The notes under the pieces are model-generated. The model had not been told where the DNA came from, did no database searches, and saw only the letters and a list, made by a program, of their open reading frames with translations. From IMG/VR virus record IMGVR_UViG_3300029845_000007: a DNA stretch of 64,000 nucleotides; one strand, 5' to 3'. The position numbers were made by a program, and so were the translations under genes. Positions 10,702-20,900 of the stretch are shown piece by piece. Each line of letters opens with the position of its first letter. Position 1 is the first letter of the stretch. This DNA is from a virus.

Positions 10702-11204
10702 TATTTCATAGTTTTAATAAATTCATCATAAGTCAAAGAAGGATTCTTTGCACTAGCTTCTTTAAAAGCATTAAACAATTGCATCTCTCTCTGAGACATT
10801 TCTATAATACTAGTTTTTAGATTCTTAACCAATTTCAGCTGACTATCAAGAAGAGCTTTACCTTCGGGACTTCCTTCCATTTTAGCTCTTACTAGATTAA
10901 GAACTTCTGTTTGAACCATAGCTTGAAGACTATTGTAGTTATTTACATACTCTTCATTATTAGCCAACATATTTCTCTGTTCAGTTGTAAGCGGTTCTAT
11001 CTCTGAATCAATCAAATCCCAAACACTAACTTGTGGTTGCTGTTGAGTAGGCAAAACTTGCTGACCATTAACAACTTGCTGTATCTGTTTTTGACGAGCG
11101 TCAATAATACGCTTTTGTTCTTCGAGATATTGAATCTGTTCGTTAAGATTACTCGAATTAAACAATGGGTCACCACTTAGTATAAATTGATTAACAGGTA
11201 ACAT
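10701..11204 (-). CDS. Coiled-coil, Gln-rich hypothetical protein (167 aa).
   Basis: ORF with heptad-like composition. Confidence 0.55.
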   Translation of the reverse strand: MLPVNQFILSGDPLFNSSNLNEQIQYLEEQKRIIDARQKQIQQVVNGQQVLPTQQQPQVSVWDLIDSEIEPLTTEQRNMLANNEEYVNNYNSLQAMVQTEVLNLVRAKMEGSPEGKALLDSQLKLVKNLKTSIIEMSQREMQLFNAFKEASAKNPSLTYDEFIKTMK

Positions 11205-11231
11205 AACTTATTCTTTAGTAGGTTTATAATA

Positions 11232-11897
11232 TTATGCAGAAGGAGTACTAGCCGGCTGAGTAAATCCGCACGGTAGACAACCATTGGCATTTCTACCAAC
11301 AAGACCAGTTGTAGTAGGCTCATTAGGTAGACAAGTAACACCATAGATAACATTACAAGTCTTTTTATCGACATAATTGATACCTGCGGTGAAAGCTCTC
11401 TCGATTTCGCACTGGATAAGTTTATCCTGATAAGGACGAATAGCAGCGCCAACAGCAACTTGAGTTTTAAGTTCTTCAATTTGAGTTTTTAAAGCATCGT
11501 AGTTGTCACGCTGTCCTTTATATAAGCTAAAGTCGGCATCAATCTGTGACTTATACAAACCAAACATTTCTCCGTCTATTACCTGACGGTCTTGGAAACG
11601 TTGGTTCTGTTGATTCAAAGCCCACTGATACAAACCACCTTGCAGAGCAAGAGTATCTTCGCAAGACTTAGCCCATGCTTGGAAAGCAGTAGGAGCAGTA
11701 CCATTTCCACCACCAACGCCAACTACATTAATGTTTGTAGAACCGTCTCCCATAAGACCTGCACCAGTTCCGAGAACACCAGTAGAACGACGATTACCAA
11801 ATAAAGCCCAAGCTCCAAGAGCAGTACCGATAATACCAAGCGTAAGACCTGCATTAGCTTTACCGTTAACATCACGGCGACCGTACATACCGTCCAT
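11232..11897 (-). CDS. Gly-rich protein with an N-terminal TM helix and a C-terminal Cys cluster (221 aa).
   Basis: ORF. Its GC-richer codon use (ggt/gct) suggests high expression. Overlapping ORFs in other frames were judged spurious. Confidence 0.6.
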   Translation of the reverse strand: MDGMYGRRDVNGKANAGLTLGIIGTALGAWALFGNRRSTGVLGTGAGLMGDGSTNINVVGVGGGNGTAPTAFQAWAKSCEDTLALQGGLYQWALNQQNQRFQDRQVIDGEMFGLYKSQIDADFSLYKGQRDNYDALKTQIEELKTQVAVGAAIRPYQDKLIQCEIERAFTAGINYVDKKTCNVIYGVTCLPNEPTTTGLVGRNANGCLPCGFTQPASTPSA

Positions 11898-12095
11898 CCC
11901 TGCACCATTATAGCCTTCAGGAACAACTTTAACTTTTTCAATTACTTACATAATAAATAAGGTTTAGATTAATAAATTAAGAATATCTTATAGTAGCTAC
12001 TATACACTCATAACAAAGAATACTATTATAAGTTCAGACATTAATCTATTTTAGCTATAAACAATAATTTTATGAAAAAAGTTAAGTATCTCGTG

Positions 12096-12132
12096 AACAA
12101 AATAAAAGCCCCACTTGTTATAGCAGGGCTTT
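12096..12132 (-). terminator. Rho-independent terminator for minus-strand transcripts. The transcript reads AAAGCCC-loop-GGGCTTT followed by UUUUAUUUUGUU.
   Basis: 7-bp GC stem at 12105–12111 and 12126–12132. The A-run at 12096–12104 on the plus strand gives a U-run on the minus-strand transcript. It lies directly downstream of gene 12156..12467. Confidence 0.5.
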
Positions 12133-12155
12133 ATAGAGTTAATGATACAATGGAA

Positions 12156-12467
12156 TCACTCCTTTATTGGGGATTCTTCAAGAGTACTTTCAGATACAGA
12201 TTGCCATTCAGAACTGGATAACAATTCATAAAGGGCTTTATCAGAATAAGTATCATAAGGATATTTAATAGTGATACTTTCATATCCTTCTTCATCAGTA
12301 GTTACTATCCTTTCTACCTTATTAGGAAATACTTCTTGGAAATGTTGACACTTCATAAGTGCTTTATCATTATCTCTGTTTTTACGTAGAACTAAATTAA
12401 GTTCTTCGATTTTAGCTGATTCTTCTTTACCTATATCAGCAATAGGAAATACAATGTAATCAATCAT
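12156..12467 (-). CDS. Hypothetical acidic protein (103 aa).
   Basis: ORF. Confidence 0.5.
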   Translation of the reverse strand: MIDYIVFPIADIGKEESAKIEELNLVLRKNRDNDKALMKCQHFQEVFPNKVERIVTTDEEGYESITIKYPYDTYSDKALYELLSSSEWQSVSESTLEESPIKE

Positions 12468-12542
12468 AACTTTAAATCTTTAAATATTAAACTTAGTGCA
12501 TATGTTAATACTAGAAATATACCAATTAGTATATAAACTAAT

Positions 12543-15500
12543 TTAAGTATCTTGTGAGGTGTTACTTTCATTTTCTGTATTAGAAATAAATATAGGATGA
12601 TTAATATCAATTATCTCATCTTTCTCCATTAAGTTTTTTAGGAAGTTAATTTCTAGTAACGAGATAGTTTTGGAATATAGAATTGTTTTATAGATTATTC
12701 CTTTCCAATATTTACCAAGTACTAATCCTAGATTATCTTCATTTTCACCTTTTATAATAGGATTACCATTATAACTTTCAGGAGTTAAATAAATAATCTT
12801 AGAATCATCTCGTTCTATCTGATTTAATTTACCGTAACTATAAACATAATTCTTACTATTATAACAATAATCTAAAATAAAACCATTTCCAATACTACTT
12901 TCATAGATTTTATTTCCTTTAAACATTACAGTAGAATTATCATTCTTAGCATCTAAATCAACTCTTTTTATAATAGCAGTAAAATCTGTAAATATAGGAA
13001 TATTCTTATTATCAGTAAAGTCAGATACTCCGTCATAAACCAGACCGTTCTCGTATTCAGGAAGAATTTCAATAGTAATATCACAATCAAAAACTAGTTC
13101 ACCTTCTATCATAGGAGTTATTGCAAATCCTATCCAAGAATTAGTAGTTAAATCTAATAATGCGTCTGTTGGAACAAACGATTTAGGTAATTTATGAATA
13201 CCATTGCCTAAATATACTATTGATTCTTTTGTTGCATTTTCCGTAGCTAAATATTTGTAAATAAGTTTACTATTTTCTTCAAGACCTTTAACAGTAACTC
13301 TAAAAGCAGGTATCTCTTTTATATTAGCTAACGCTCCGTCTTTCTTAACATAACTATATAATAAACCATTAGCCGCATGTTTAACATTAGTTATATGAAC
13401 AATAGTACTATTAATATCATAAATATAATCTATTGCATTAGAAGTTTCCCAAGTCTTATTAGCACCTAACACTACTGGATAACCATTATAACCCGACATA
13501 CCTTCATAACCAATATTGAAGTTCTCAAGAGGATTAACACTAGTACCAGTCTTTTGTAGTGATACTTGTTCATCAATATAGCCTCTTTTTGCATCAATAT
13601 TCTTTTTACCATAGTTATCCCAATAATAATTAGGTAACGTAACTTTAGGAGTTATACCAATATAAGTGTTTAACTCTTTAATCTTATCGTCTGTTGAGAT
13701 TTCATCGAAAAGCATGAAGTCGTAGAGAGACATTTGAGCGAAATAACTATTTGAATAACTAAGTTTACCTATTGACGGAGTTATTGAATTATCAACATCA
13801 CAAGTTGCTACAATATTATGGGTAATCTTTGATAAATTACTACCGATGATATTATTGTTTATAATACCGTCAATATAAGTATTACCGTTATTATTTTGAG
13901 AATAAGCGATTACATCACCTTGTGCGTAGATACCAAATGTTTTATCTCCGGAAGCAGGTCTTTGGTCATATATAAATCCATTTAAAGTACTCCAATTCAC
14001 TTTCATCAACACTTGCTTACCACCCTTAGACAAAGTAGGAATAGTAATAAAGTCGTCTATCCCATCTAAACAGTATGCTCCTTCGTATTCACCGATTTGT
14101 TCAATAACTAAATTAGACCAGTCAACATTGGGAGTTTGAGCAAAAAATCCGTGAATTTCTTTTATATTAGTTCTTGCAGGTAACTCATTTATTCCATTTA
14201 TAAGATTTATCCAACTTCCGCCAGTATAATTAAGAACCCCGTCCTTAGGTATTCCAGAAACTCTAACTTTATACGTAGGGGAAGGAGAATTAGTATAGCC
14301 TAACCAAAATCCATTATCATAATCAAAAGATTCATCAAGATATATCTTACTATCAGTTCTTACTATACCTTTAGTTCCGTAGTCTCGAAGAGTAGTAAAA
14401 TCAACTAAATAACCATTAGCTCCACTATTAAGTTTATAAGCCGAGTTATAAATAACACCATGATTACCATGACCGGATATATCAGGAATATGACCTAGAA
14501 TCTTGTAACTAGAATTAGGAGCATGTAATAGTCTAGGAGAAAGTATACAGTTAGGTTCGTTATCATCAAAAATCCAAGTCGCTGTACAAGTAAATACCAT
14601 TTGTCGTTCAACAACATGTGGAGTACTAGTTAAAGGATTTCCATTAAGTTTAGCATTACTAACAGTATAAATATCTTTAAGAAGATTACAATCATTAAAT
14701 AAACCTATTCTAGTAATACTAGAACCTAGTTTAATTTTGTCTCCCCAAGATATTTCATTATTATTCTCATCCTTGAATCTTAATAAAACAGGATATGGCT
14801 GTACAATATCTTCATATCTAACATATTCTTGAATAGTAATATTTATCTCTTTTGGAAATACTAAAGGTATTTCTAATCTATAATAATTACCACTTGAATC
14901 TTTAGTAGGAACATAAGATTTTCCGTCAATAACAACATTAGTTACTTCATCTGAATCTTTATAAGGAGGAACAATATCCAATATTAGATTACCTGTAATA
15001 GAAGTAGAATAAAATTGTCCATTTACTAGTTTCAATGTTGTACCGTCAGTTTCCCTAATATTTGCAGTAACTGAATATTTAGATACATTAGCTTTAATAT
15101 TAGGATTCCATTGAACATAATCACTATCTTGTTCAATAACTAAATTTATCTTTTGAGGAGACTTCTTAATACCATAGAAGATTACATCATAGATAAAATC
15201 TGTATTAGACTTTTCAATAGTGATATTATTAAAGGCAGTAGAAGAAACTTTGGATATTTTATAACCGTCAAGAACAGTAATACTAGTTTTAATATTACTT
15301 CCTATTGAAATATAATCTCCTACTTTTACTACATTTGAATCTTTATCTAAATAGACTATATTCTTAATATCTATATTACTCTTAATAACAGGTCTAAATT
15401 CAACCATGTCTTTATATAGAGTTCCTGCCTTATATTTCTTTAATTGACGTTCGATTAAGAACTTATTCATAGAATAAGGAAAGGACATAAGAAAATAGAT

Positions 15501-17528
15501 AGCTATATTACCGTATTTATCACTATTATCTCTTATAGTACCTAAATATAATTTATCACTATCTTTAGATGTTCCAATAATTAAATCTTTACCATTATAG
15601 TTATACTTAGATTGATAACTTATACCTCTAATAAAATCAGTATTAGCAATATTAGTATTGTTTTTATAATAACTCCAAGTATTTATAATATTAGGAGCAG
15701 TTAAATATTCAAAAATAAAAGCTCCGTGTTTAGTTGCATCTTCTGCACTCTCAGATTTAGAAGCAATAATTCCAATATTGTCAATACTTAGTATTTCTCT
15801 ATCTACAATGAAAGTATAATCTTTATAAATAGGCATATTGATAACTTTACCAAAATCATTTATTCCGTCAAGGCAGAGAGCACCTTTATTAGAAGGAATA
15901 ATTTCAATAGTTAATCCTATCCAATCAAGATTAATATCATCGAACCTAAAATAAAATCCTAAAGTAAAAGTGCTATCAACAGCTTCGCTTGCAGGAATAT
16001 CATATATCCCATCTTCTTTAAAAGAAATACTTTGTTCTTTATCTGAAGAAATATAACTATATACTATTTCCGTCTTTATTCCTTTTATTTTTACTTTAAA
16101 ACCATTTGTAGCTTTAAGTCTACTATGATAAACAATATAATAATTACTTAGTTTTCCTACAACTTTAATAGAGTTACCGTCTTTAATAATTCCCGTTTGA
16201 TCTTTATGAACTAACCAATAATCATTCTTAAATTCCTCCGTATATCTTCCAACACCACTCTCTCCTTTCCAACCAATATTGAACAACTGCAAGTCTCGGC
16301 TATTACCACTATAATCAATCAGCTTATCACCAAACTGTGCATGATTATCATTAGTAAGACCTTGCTTCTTCACATCGTAGTAAATATCAGGTTTAACATA
16401 CTTGTCCAAGTTGTAGTAGGCTATTACTTGATTAATCTCGTCAGTGGTCAATAGTCCTTTGGCAATAAATGTCCAGTACCAAGCAACTTGACTTGCTTCG
16501 GTTAATTGACTAATTCTTCCTACAACACTGAATTTAGCATCAAATATTGTTTGTAAACTATTAGTTGACTTAACATAATAATCTGCTTTATCTCCTAATA
16601 TGTTTTTTATATCAGATTTAGTATTATTAATTAATGACGCACTATAACCGTATATCCCAGTTTTACCGTAATTATAAACATCGCTTCTAACGTGTTCTCT
16701 GGAATTACTATTTTCTATATAATTAGTAGTTGCTATAGTATATGTAGAATTTAAATCTATCTGATGAATCATACTAACAACAGTAACCTCATCAGTAATA
16801 CCCATTTCTTCAACAGTATTCTGACTGACAATTATGTCGTTGACTCCGTCAGTAACGAAAGCACCTTCGTATTCAGGTAAAATTTCAATAGTAATATCAC
16901 AATCGAAATCAGTCTCATTTTCTATTCTAGGAGTTATTGTAAATCCTATCCAAGAATTATTAGAAATTGAATCAGTAGGAGCTAATGATTTAGGTAATTC
17001 ATGAATACCATTATCCAAATCTAATAAAGTTTGATAAACTGCATTTTCTGTTTTTATATATGAATATCTTATCTTACTATCTCCTTCCAAGCCACTTATT
17101 CTAATTTTAAAAGAAGGTATTTCTCTTTTATCTAATAATTGGTCGTTTTGCTTTACATAACTAAATATTAAACCATTATTCGCAACTAATATTTTAGTAA
17201 AATGTATCTTGTTATCATTTATATTATATATAGAATTATAAGTTGGTACTTTTTTCCAAGTTTTATTTATTCCGAATATAACAGGATAACCGTTATATCC
17301 ACTCATACCTTCGTATGCAGCATTTAGAATCTCTAAATCTCCACCTGCATTAGGAATCTTATTCTTAATAATATTCCTATCAGCATCAGTATTCTTTTTA
17401 CCGTAATTATCCCAAACTCCAATAAGTCTAGCTTTAAGCTCTGGTGGAAGATACGGTCTATCTCCACCAAGAGCATTATTCTTAAAAGGAATACCGATAC
17501 CTATACCTATACCAGTATTAGTACCCAT
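12543..17528 (-). CDS. Giant tail-fibre-like protein (1661 aa). It carries two full and two partial copies of a roughly 200-aa module with motif TIEILPEYEGA..DG.NDF.
   Basis: Uninterrupted ORF. The N-terminal copy (about aa 15–215) and the C-terminal copy (about aa 1230–1440) are clearly homologous in translation. Two shorter internal copies also occur. Confidence 0.85.
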   Translation of the reverse strand: MGTNTGIGIGIGIPFKNNALGGDRPYLPPELKARLIGVWDNYGKKNTDADRNIIKNKIPNAGGDLEILNAAYEGMSGYNGYPVIFGINKTWKKVPTYNSIYNINDNKIHFTKILVANNGLIFSYVKQNDQLLDKREIPSFKIRISGLEGDSKIRYSYIKTENAVYQTLLDLDNGIHELPKSLAPTDSISNNSWIGFTITPRIENETDFDCDITIEILPEYEGAFVTDGVNDIIVSQNTVEEMGITDEVTVVSMIHQIDLNSTYTIATTNYIENSNSREHVRSDVYNYGKTGIYGYSASLINNTKSDIKNILGDKADYYVKSTNSLQTIFDAKFSVVGRISQLTEASQVAWYWTFIAKGLLTTDEINQVIAYYNLDKYVKPDIYYDVKKQGLTNDNHAQFGDKLIDYSGNSRDLQLFNIGWKGESGVGRYTEEFKNDYWLVHKDQTGIIKDGNSIKVVGKLSNYYIVYHSRLKATNGFKVKIKGIKTEIVYSYISSDKEQSISFKEDGIYDIPASEAVDSTFTLGFYFRFDDINLDWIGLTIEIIPSNKGALCLDGINDFGKVINMPIYKDYTFIVDREILSIDNIGIIASKSESAEDATKHGAFIFEYLTAPNIINTWSYYKNNTNIANTDFIRGISYQSKYNYNGKDLIIGTSKDSDKLYLGTIRDNSDKYGNIAIYFLMSFPYSMNKFLIERQLKKYKAGTLYKDMVEFRPVIKSNIDIKNIVYLDKDSNVVKVGDYISIGSNIKTSITVLDGYKISKVSSTAFNNITIEKSNTDFIYDVIFYGIKKSPQKINLVIEQDSDYVQWNPNIKANVSKYSVTANIRETDGTTLKLVNGQFYSTSITGNLILDIVPPYKDSDEVTNVVIDGKSYVPTKDSSGNYYRLEIPLVFPKEINITIQEYVRYEDIVQPYPVLLRFKDENNNEISWGDKIKLGSSITRIGLFNDCNLLKDIYTVSNAKLNGNPLTSTPHVVERQMVFTCTATWIFDDNEPNCILSPRLLHAPNSSYKILGHIPDISGHGNHGVIYNSAYKLNSGANGYLVDFTTLRDYGTKGIVRTDSKIYLDESFDYDNGFWLGYTNSPSPTYKVRVSGIPKDGVLNYTGGSWINLINGINELPARTNIKEIHGFFAQTPNVDWSNLVIEQIGEYEGAYCLDGIDDFITIPTLSKGGKQVLMKVNWSTLNGFIYDQRPASGDKTFGIYAQGDVIAYSQNNNGNTYIDGIINNNIIGSNLSKITHNIVATCDVDNSITPSIGKLSYSNSYFAQMSLYDFMLFDEISTDDKIKELNTYIGITPKVTLPNYYWDNYGKKNIDAKRGYIDEQVSLQKTGTSVNPLENFNIGYEGMSGYNGYPVVLGANKTWETSNAIDYIYDINSTIVHITNVKHAANGLLYSYVKKDGALANIKEIPAFRVTVKGLEENSKLIYKYLATENATKESIVYLGNGIHKLPKSFVPTDALLDLTTNSWIGFAITPMIEGELVFDCDITIEILPEYENGLVYDGVSDFTDNKNIPIFTDFTAIIKRVDLDAKNDNSTVMFKGNKIYESSIGNGFILDYCYNSKNYVYSYGKLNQIERDDSKIIYLTPESYNGNPIIKGENEDNLGLVLGKYWKGIIYKTILYSKTISLLEINFLKNLMEKDEIIDINHPIFISNTENESNTSQDT

Positions 17529-17838
17529 ATTGTAATGTATCAGCTTGTGCGTTATTAACCTGTTTAACTAACTCAACATTCCAACCGGAATATAGAACAG
17601 TAGTAATAGGTTTGTCCATACCAGCAAGAACTACTTCAACTGTTATAGGGTCTTCGGTAACATTCTTTAATAAGAACGGTTCTTTACCACCCATTCCATT
17701 AGGAATAGAAAACTCTGCAACAGCTTCAACTTTACCCATTATAGATATTTGTAAACTATTAGCTGAATTAGCTCTGTTATAAATACGATTATCCATGATA
17801 ATTACTTTTAAATGATTATTAATTGGTCTTTGTAACAT
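17518..17838 (-). CDS. Small hypothetical virion protein (106 aa).
   Basis: ORF. Its ATG at 17838..17836 directly abuts a copy of the GC-rich element. Confidence 0.6.
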   Translation of the reverse strand: MLQRPINNHLKVIIMDNRIYNRANSANSLQISIMGKVEAVAEFSIPNGMGGKEPFLLKNVTEDPITVEVVLAGMDKPITTVLYSGWNVELVKQVNNAQADTLQYGY

Positions 17839-17889
17839 TCCCCCGTAAAGAGATGTGATTATTGTTAATACTCACTTCTTTATGGGGGA
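17839..17889. repeat. Inverted pair of the GC-rich element (TCCCCCGTAAAGAG ... CTTCTTTATGGGGGA). It can form a roughly 12-bp stem with a roughly 25-nt loop.
   Basis: Read directly from the sequence. It sits between the giant fibre gene and the 106-aa gene. Confidence 0.75.
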
Positions 17890-17940
17890 TGCTACAAGAA
17901 ACTAAATTTTGTTTAATTACACAATACTATTATTAACTTT

Positions 17941-20900
17941 TTAATCTGTCATTCCATTAGCCCAATCAGTAGGAATACTTTCAGAGTTACTAAGATTAGA
18001 CTTTTTCATTGCATAGAATACATTAGCTCTACTAGCAGCATCTAAAGTATTAAGCCAATTCCAAAATTCCGGAACACTACCAACAGTAGAAACAGCATTA
18101 TAGAATAGACCAGTCACATTAGTAAGTCTTTTATGTTTATCAACATTGAATAATGTAGAATTTATTTTTTTAGGACTTCTATCTGACCAATCTCCTACGG
18201 TTTGTCCACTAGCAAAAGCATAACTAATATTTCTAAGATTAACATTCTTATTAAATAAGTTTCCGTCTACTTGTTGTCTCATTGCAGATGTTGATTCAAA
18301 CTGTGCAGCTAAGAACATCGAAGATATGTCTTGTAACTGTATACAGTTTACATAAGAATCAATAGGTAAGTTAATATGTGCAGGAATAATACAAAAGTAG
18401 AACATATTAGATAATGATATTAACTTAGTTAACTTAGAGAACGTATCTGCCGAGTAGAACTCTCCGTCTTCTCTATTACTAACACTCCATTTATATGGGT
18501 TTAATAATGGCATACGATAGAATGTATAAGACAAATCAGTAGCATTACTAATAGGATAGAATAAATGTGGCGGAATACGTCCTCTTAGTCCATAATCAAG
18601 ATAATTATATCCAATTTTTCCATTAACTCTACCACTACCAAAGAACACTCCATTTACTTGCATATTATTGCCATTAGTGCAATAATAGAATAAGTCAGGA
18701 GAACATATATAGTTAAGTACTTTCTTATTAGCATTAGCATCAGAAGGTGGAGCAAAAGAACCAGCGTTATCTTTAAATCTATTAGGTATAACAGGAGAAC
18801 AATTAATACTTCCTGTACTAATTGCACTATAAAGAGCACTGTCTCTAACTATATCTTCTAATCCACTAAGACCATCAACACAATATTCATTCCAAGCAAG
18901 TTCATACTTATCGAAATCTTTATTCAAGATAACTCTATGAATATCTCTATTGTAGTTAAGCATAGTATGTTCGTCATCTAACCATTCTCTAGGGTCATAA
19001 TTTGGATTAAGAATATACTTAACTGGATTATACTTTTCATTAGGGACTATTATATCTCCGTAATTACTAGGAGTAAGATTACCATAATTCATAGTATAAC
19101 CTTGTGCTTCTGTACTTTGAAATCTTTCTAAACAATAAGACATATTAACTATTGTCTTTCTAGGAAGAGTTCGTTGTTTACTATAAGTAATCTCTACTGG
19201 CATTTCAGCACTTTCAATCCAATTACCTTCGCTATCTATACCATAATTCTCTGTAATATTCTGACTAGCTGCATCTACTTCATTCCAACCTTTATAGCTA
19301 ACATTAGAAGTTTGTTCCATATAGAATAGTCCATAAGGAATAAAACCTTTCTTAACGAAGCTAGTTTCTATTTCAGAGAAGCATTTATAAACATTAACTA
19401 GTTTACAATTAGAGAAGCCTTTACCAGTAAGCGAGTACTTACAATTCTTCATATCATAATATAGATATGATATATTAGTAAGATTATAATTAGTCTTAAA
19501 TGAATTAAGAGGAAGCTCAATTACACTATTTGCAGGAAGAATTAGTTTAGAGAAAAATCCAGGTATTTCAACAATAGCACTACAATTAGTAAATACATCG
19601 TATGGGAATACTTCATCTTCTTCTTTAATAAACTCTTTAGTAAAACCTTGAAAACATCCTAACGTAGACTGATTAATAGCTTGCTGTCCTGTTATATACT
19701 TCAATGAGTTCTTCAATCTACTAAACATTGAATTATGAATAGGAAATGTAATAGTAGAATTATCTCCAATAGAGAACGAATTATAGATACCGTATAAAGC
19801 AGTAGGAAATCTAAGATTAACCTTATTCTTAACAGTACCACCAAATATATTGTATAAAGAACCAGTAGAATTAACAAGTTCTTTAAATGAATTTTGTATA
19901 TATTTAAGTTTAGTATTCTTATAGAATAAAGGACAATACTTTACTCCATCTTCTACATCTTCATCTGTTATTTGATTAAAGTCTATATTAGAACCATTAA
20001 ACATACTGATTAAATATTCTAAATCTGGAAGATTAGCAAGAAGTGTTCCACAATTAGCACTAACAAGATGATTATTAATAGTACTATCGCTAGGACAACT
20101 ATTAATATTATCTACGAATTTAATAACTCCGCTACTAAGATTACTTAGTCTTTTAAGTTTAGAAGGAACATTTTCTTTAAATTTAGCTAAGAAATCAGGA
20201 CTTGTATATCTAGTACCACCAAACAAAAATATAGAATCCATATATTGTACATTAACAAGAGGACTAAATAACCCATTATGTTCAGTAGAACCATAATTAT
20301 AAGTACTAGTTAATATCTTAAAGTCTTGTGGTTGCAATCCCCAAAATAAAGAGTTAATATTAACTACTTTAGTACAATGATTAAACATATTTCTTCTAGG
20401 ACTATCTAACAAATCCCATTTAATATTCTTAGCACTAGCAAAACAACTACTAAGAGTAGTTACATTATCACATTTATATAAGAAATAATAAACATCATAT
20501 ATACTACAATTAGTTCCATTGAACATAGTACTACAATTAGTAGTACCAATAGTAAAATTAGTTCCTAAATCAATATTATTATTCCAAGAAGTTTTTCCTT
20601 CTGTTGTACCAGTATTCGGACCAAACCATTCTCCTTTATAATCAGGAGTAATACCTTCTACCTTTTCTTTAGGTTCGTGAATATAGAACTTAGAACATTG
20701 ATTGAATACACCATTACCATTAAGACTAATATGTCCAAATACTCTCTTTAAGTTAGAACAGCCAACAAAGAACGCAGAACCTACATTGAAAGGATGTTCC
20801 TTATTATTATTAAACTTAAAGTAATGTACACCTTTAGCGTTTTGAACACTGAATTGTAAGTCGATTAATTGACTTACATCAAATATCTTATTACCATTAT

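Noticed and set aside
11177-11941. ORFs 11177..11479, 11592..11804, 11723..11941 and 11731..11913 overlapping gene 11232..11897.
   Set aside because: They are alternative frames of a Gly/Ala-rich (GC-richer) gene. Only the 221-aa frame is coupled to neighbouring genes.
12543-17528. Diversity-generating retroelement acting on the fibre gene.
   Set aside because: No reverse-transcriptase ORF is in the window. The internal repeat copies are divergent at the DNA level, and not a near-identical template/variable pair with adenine-specific differences.
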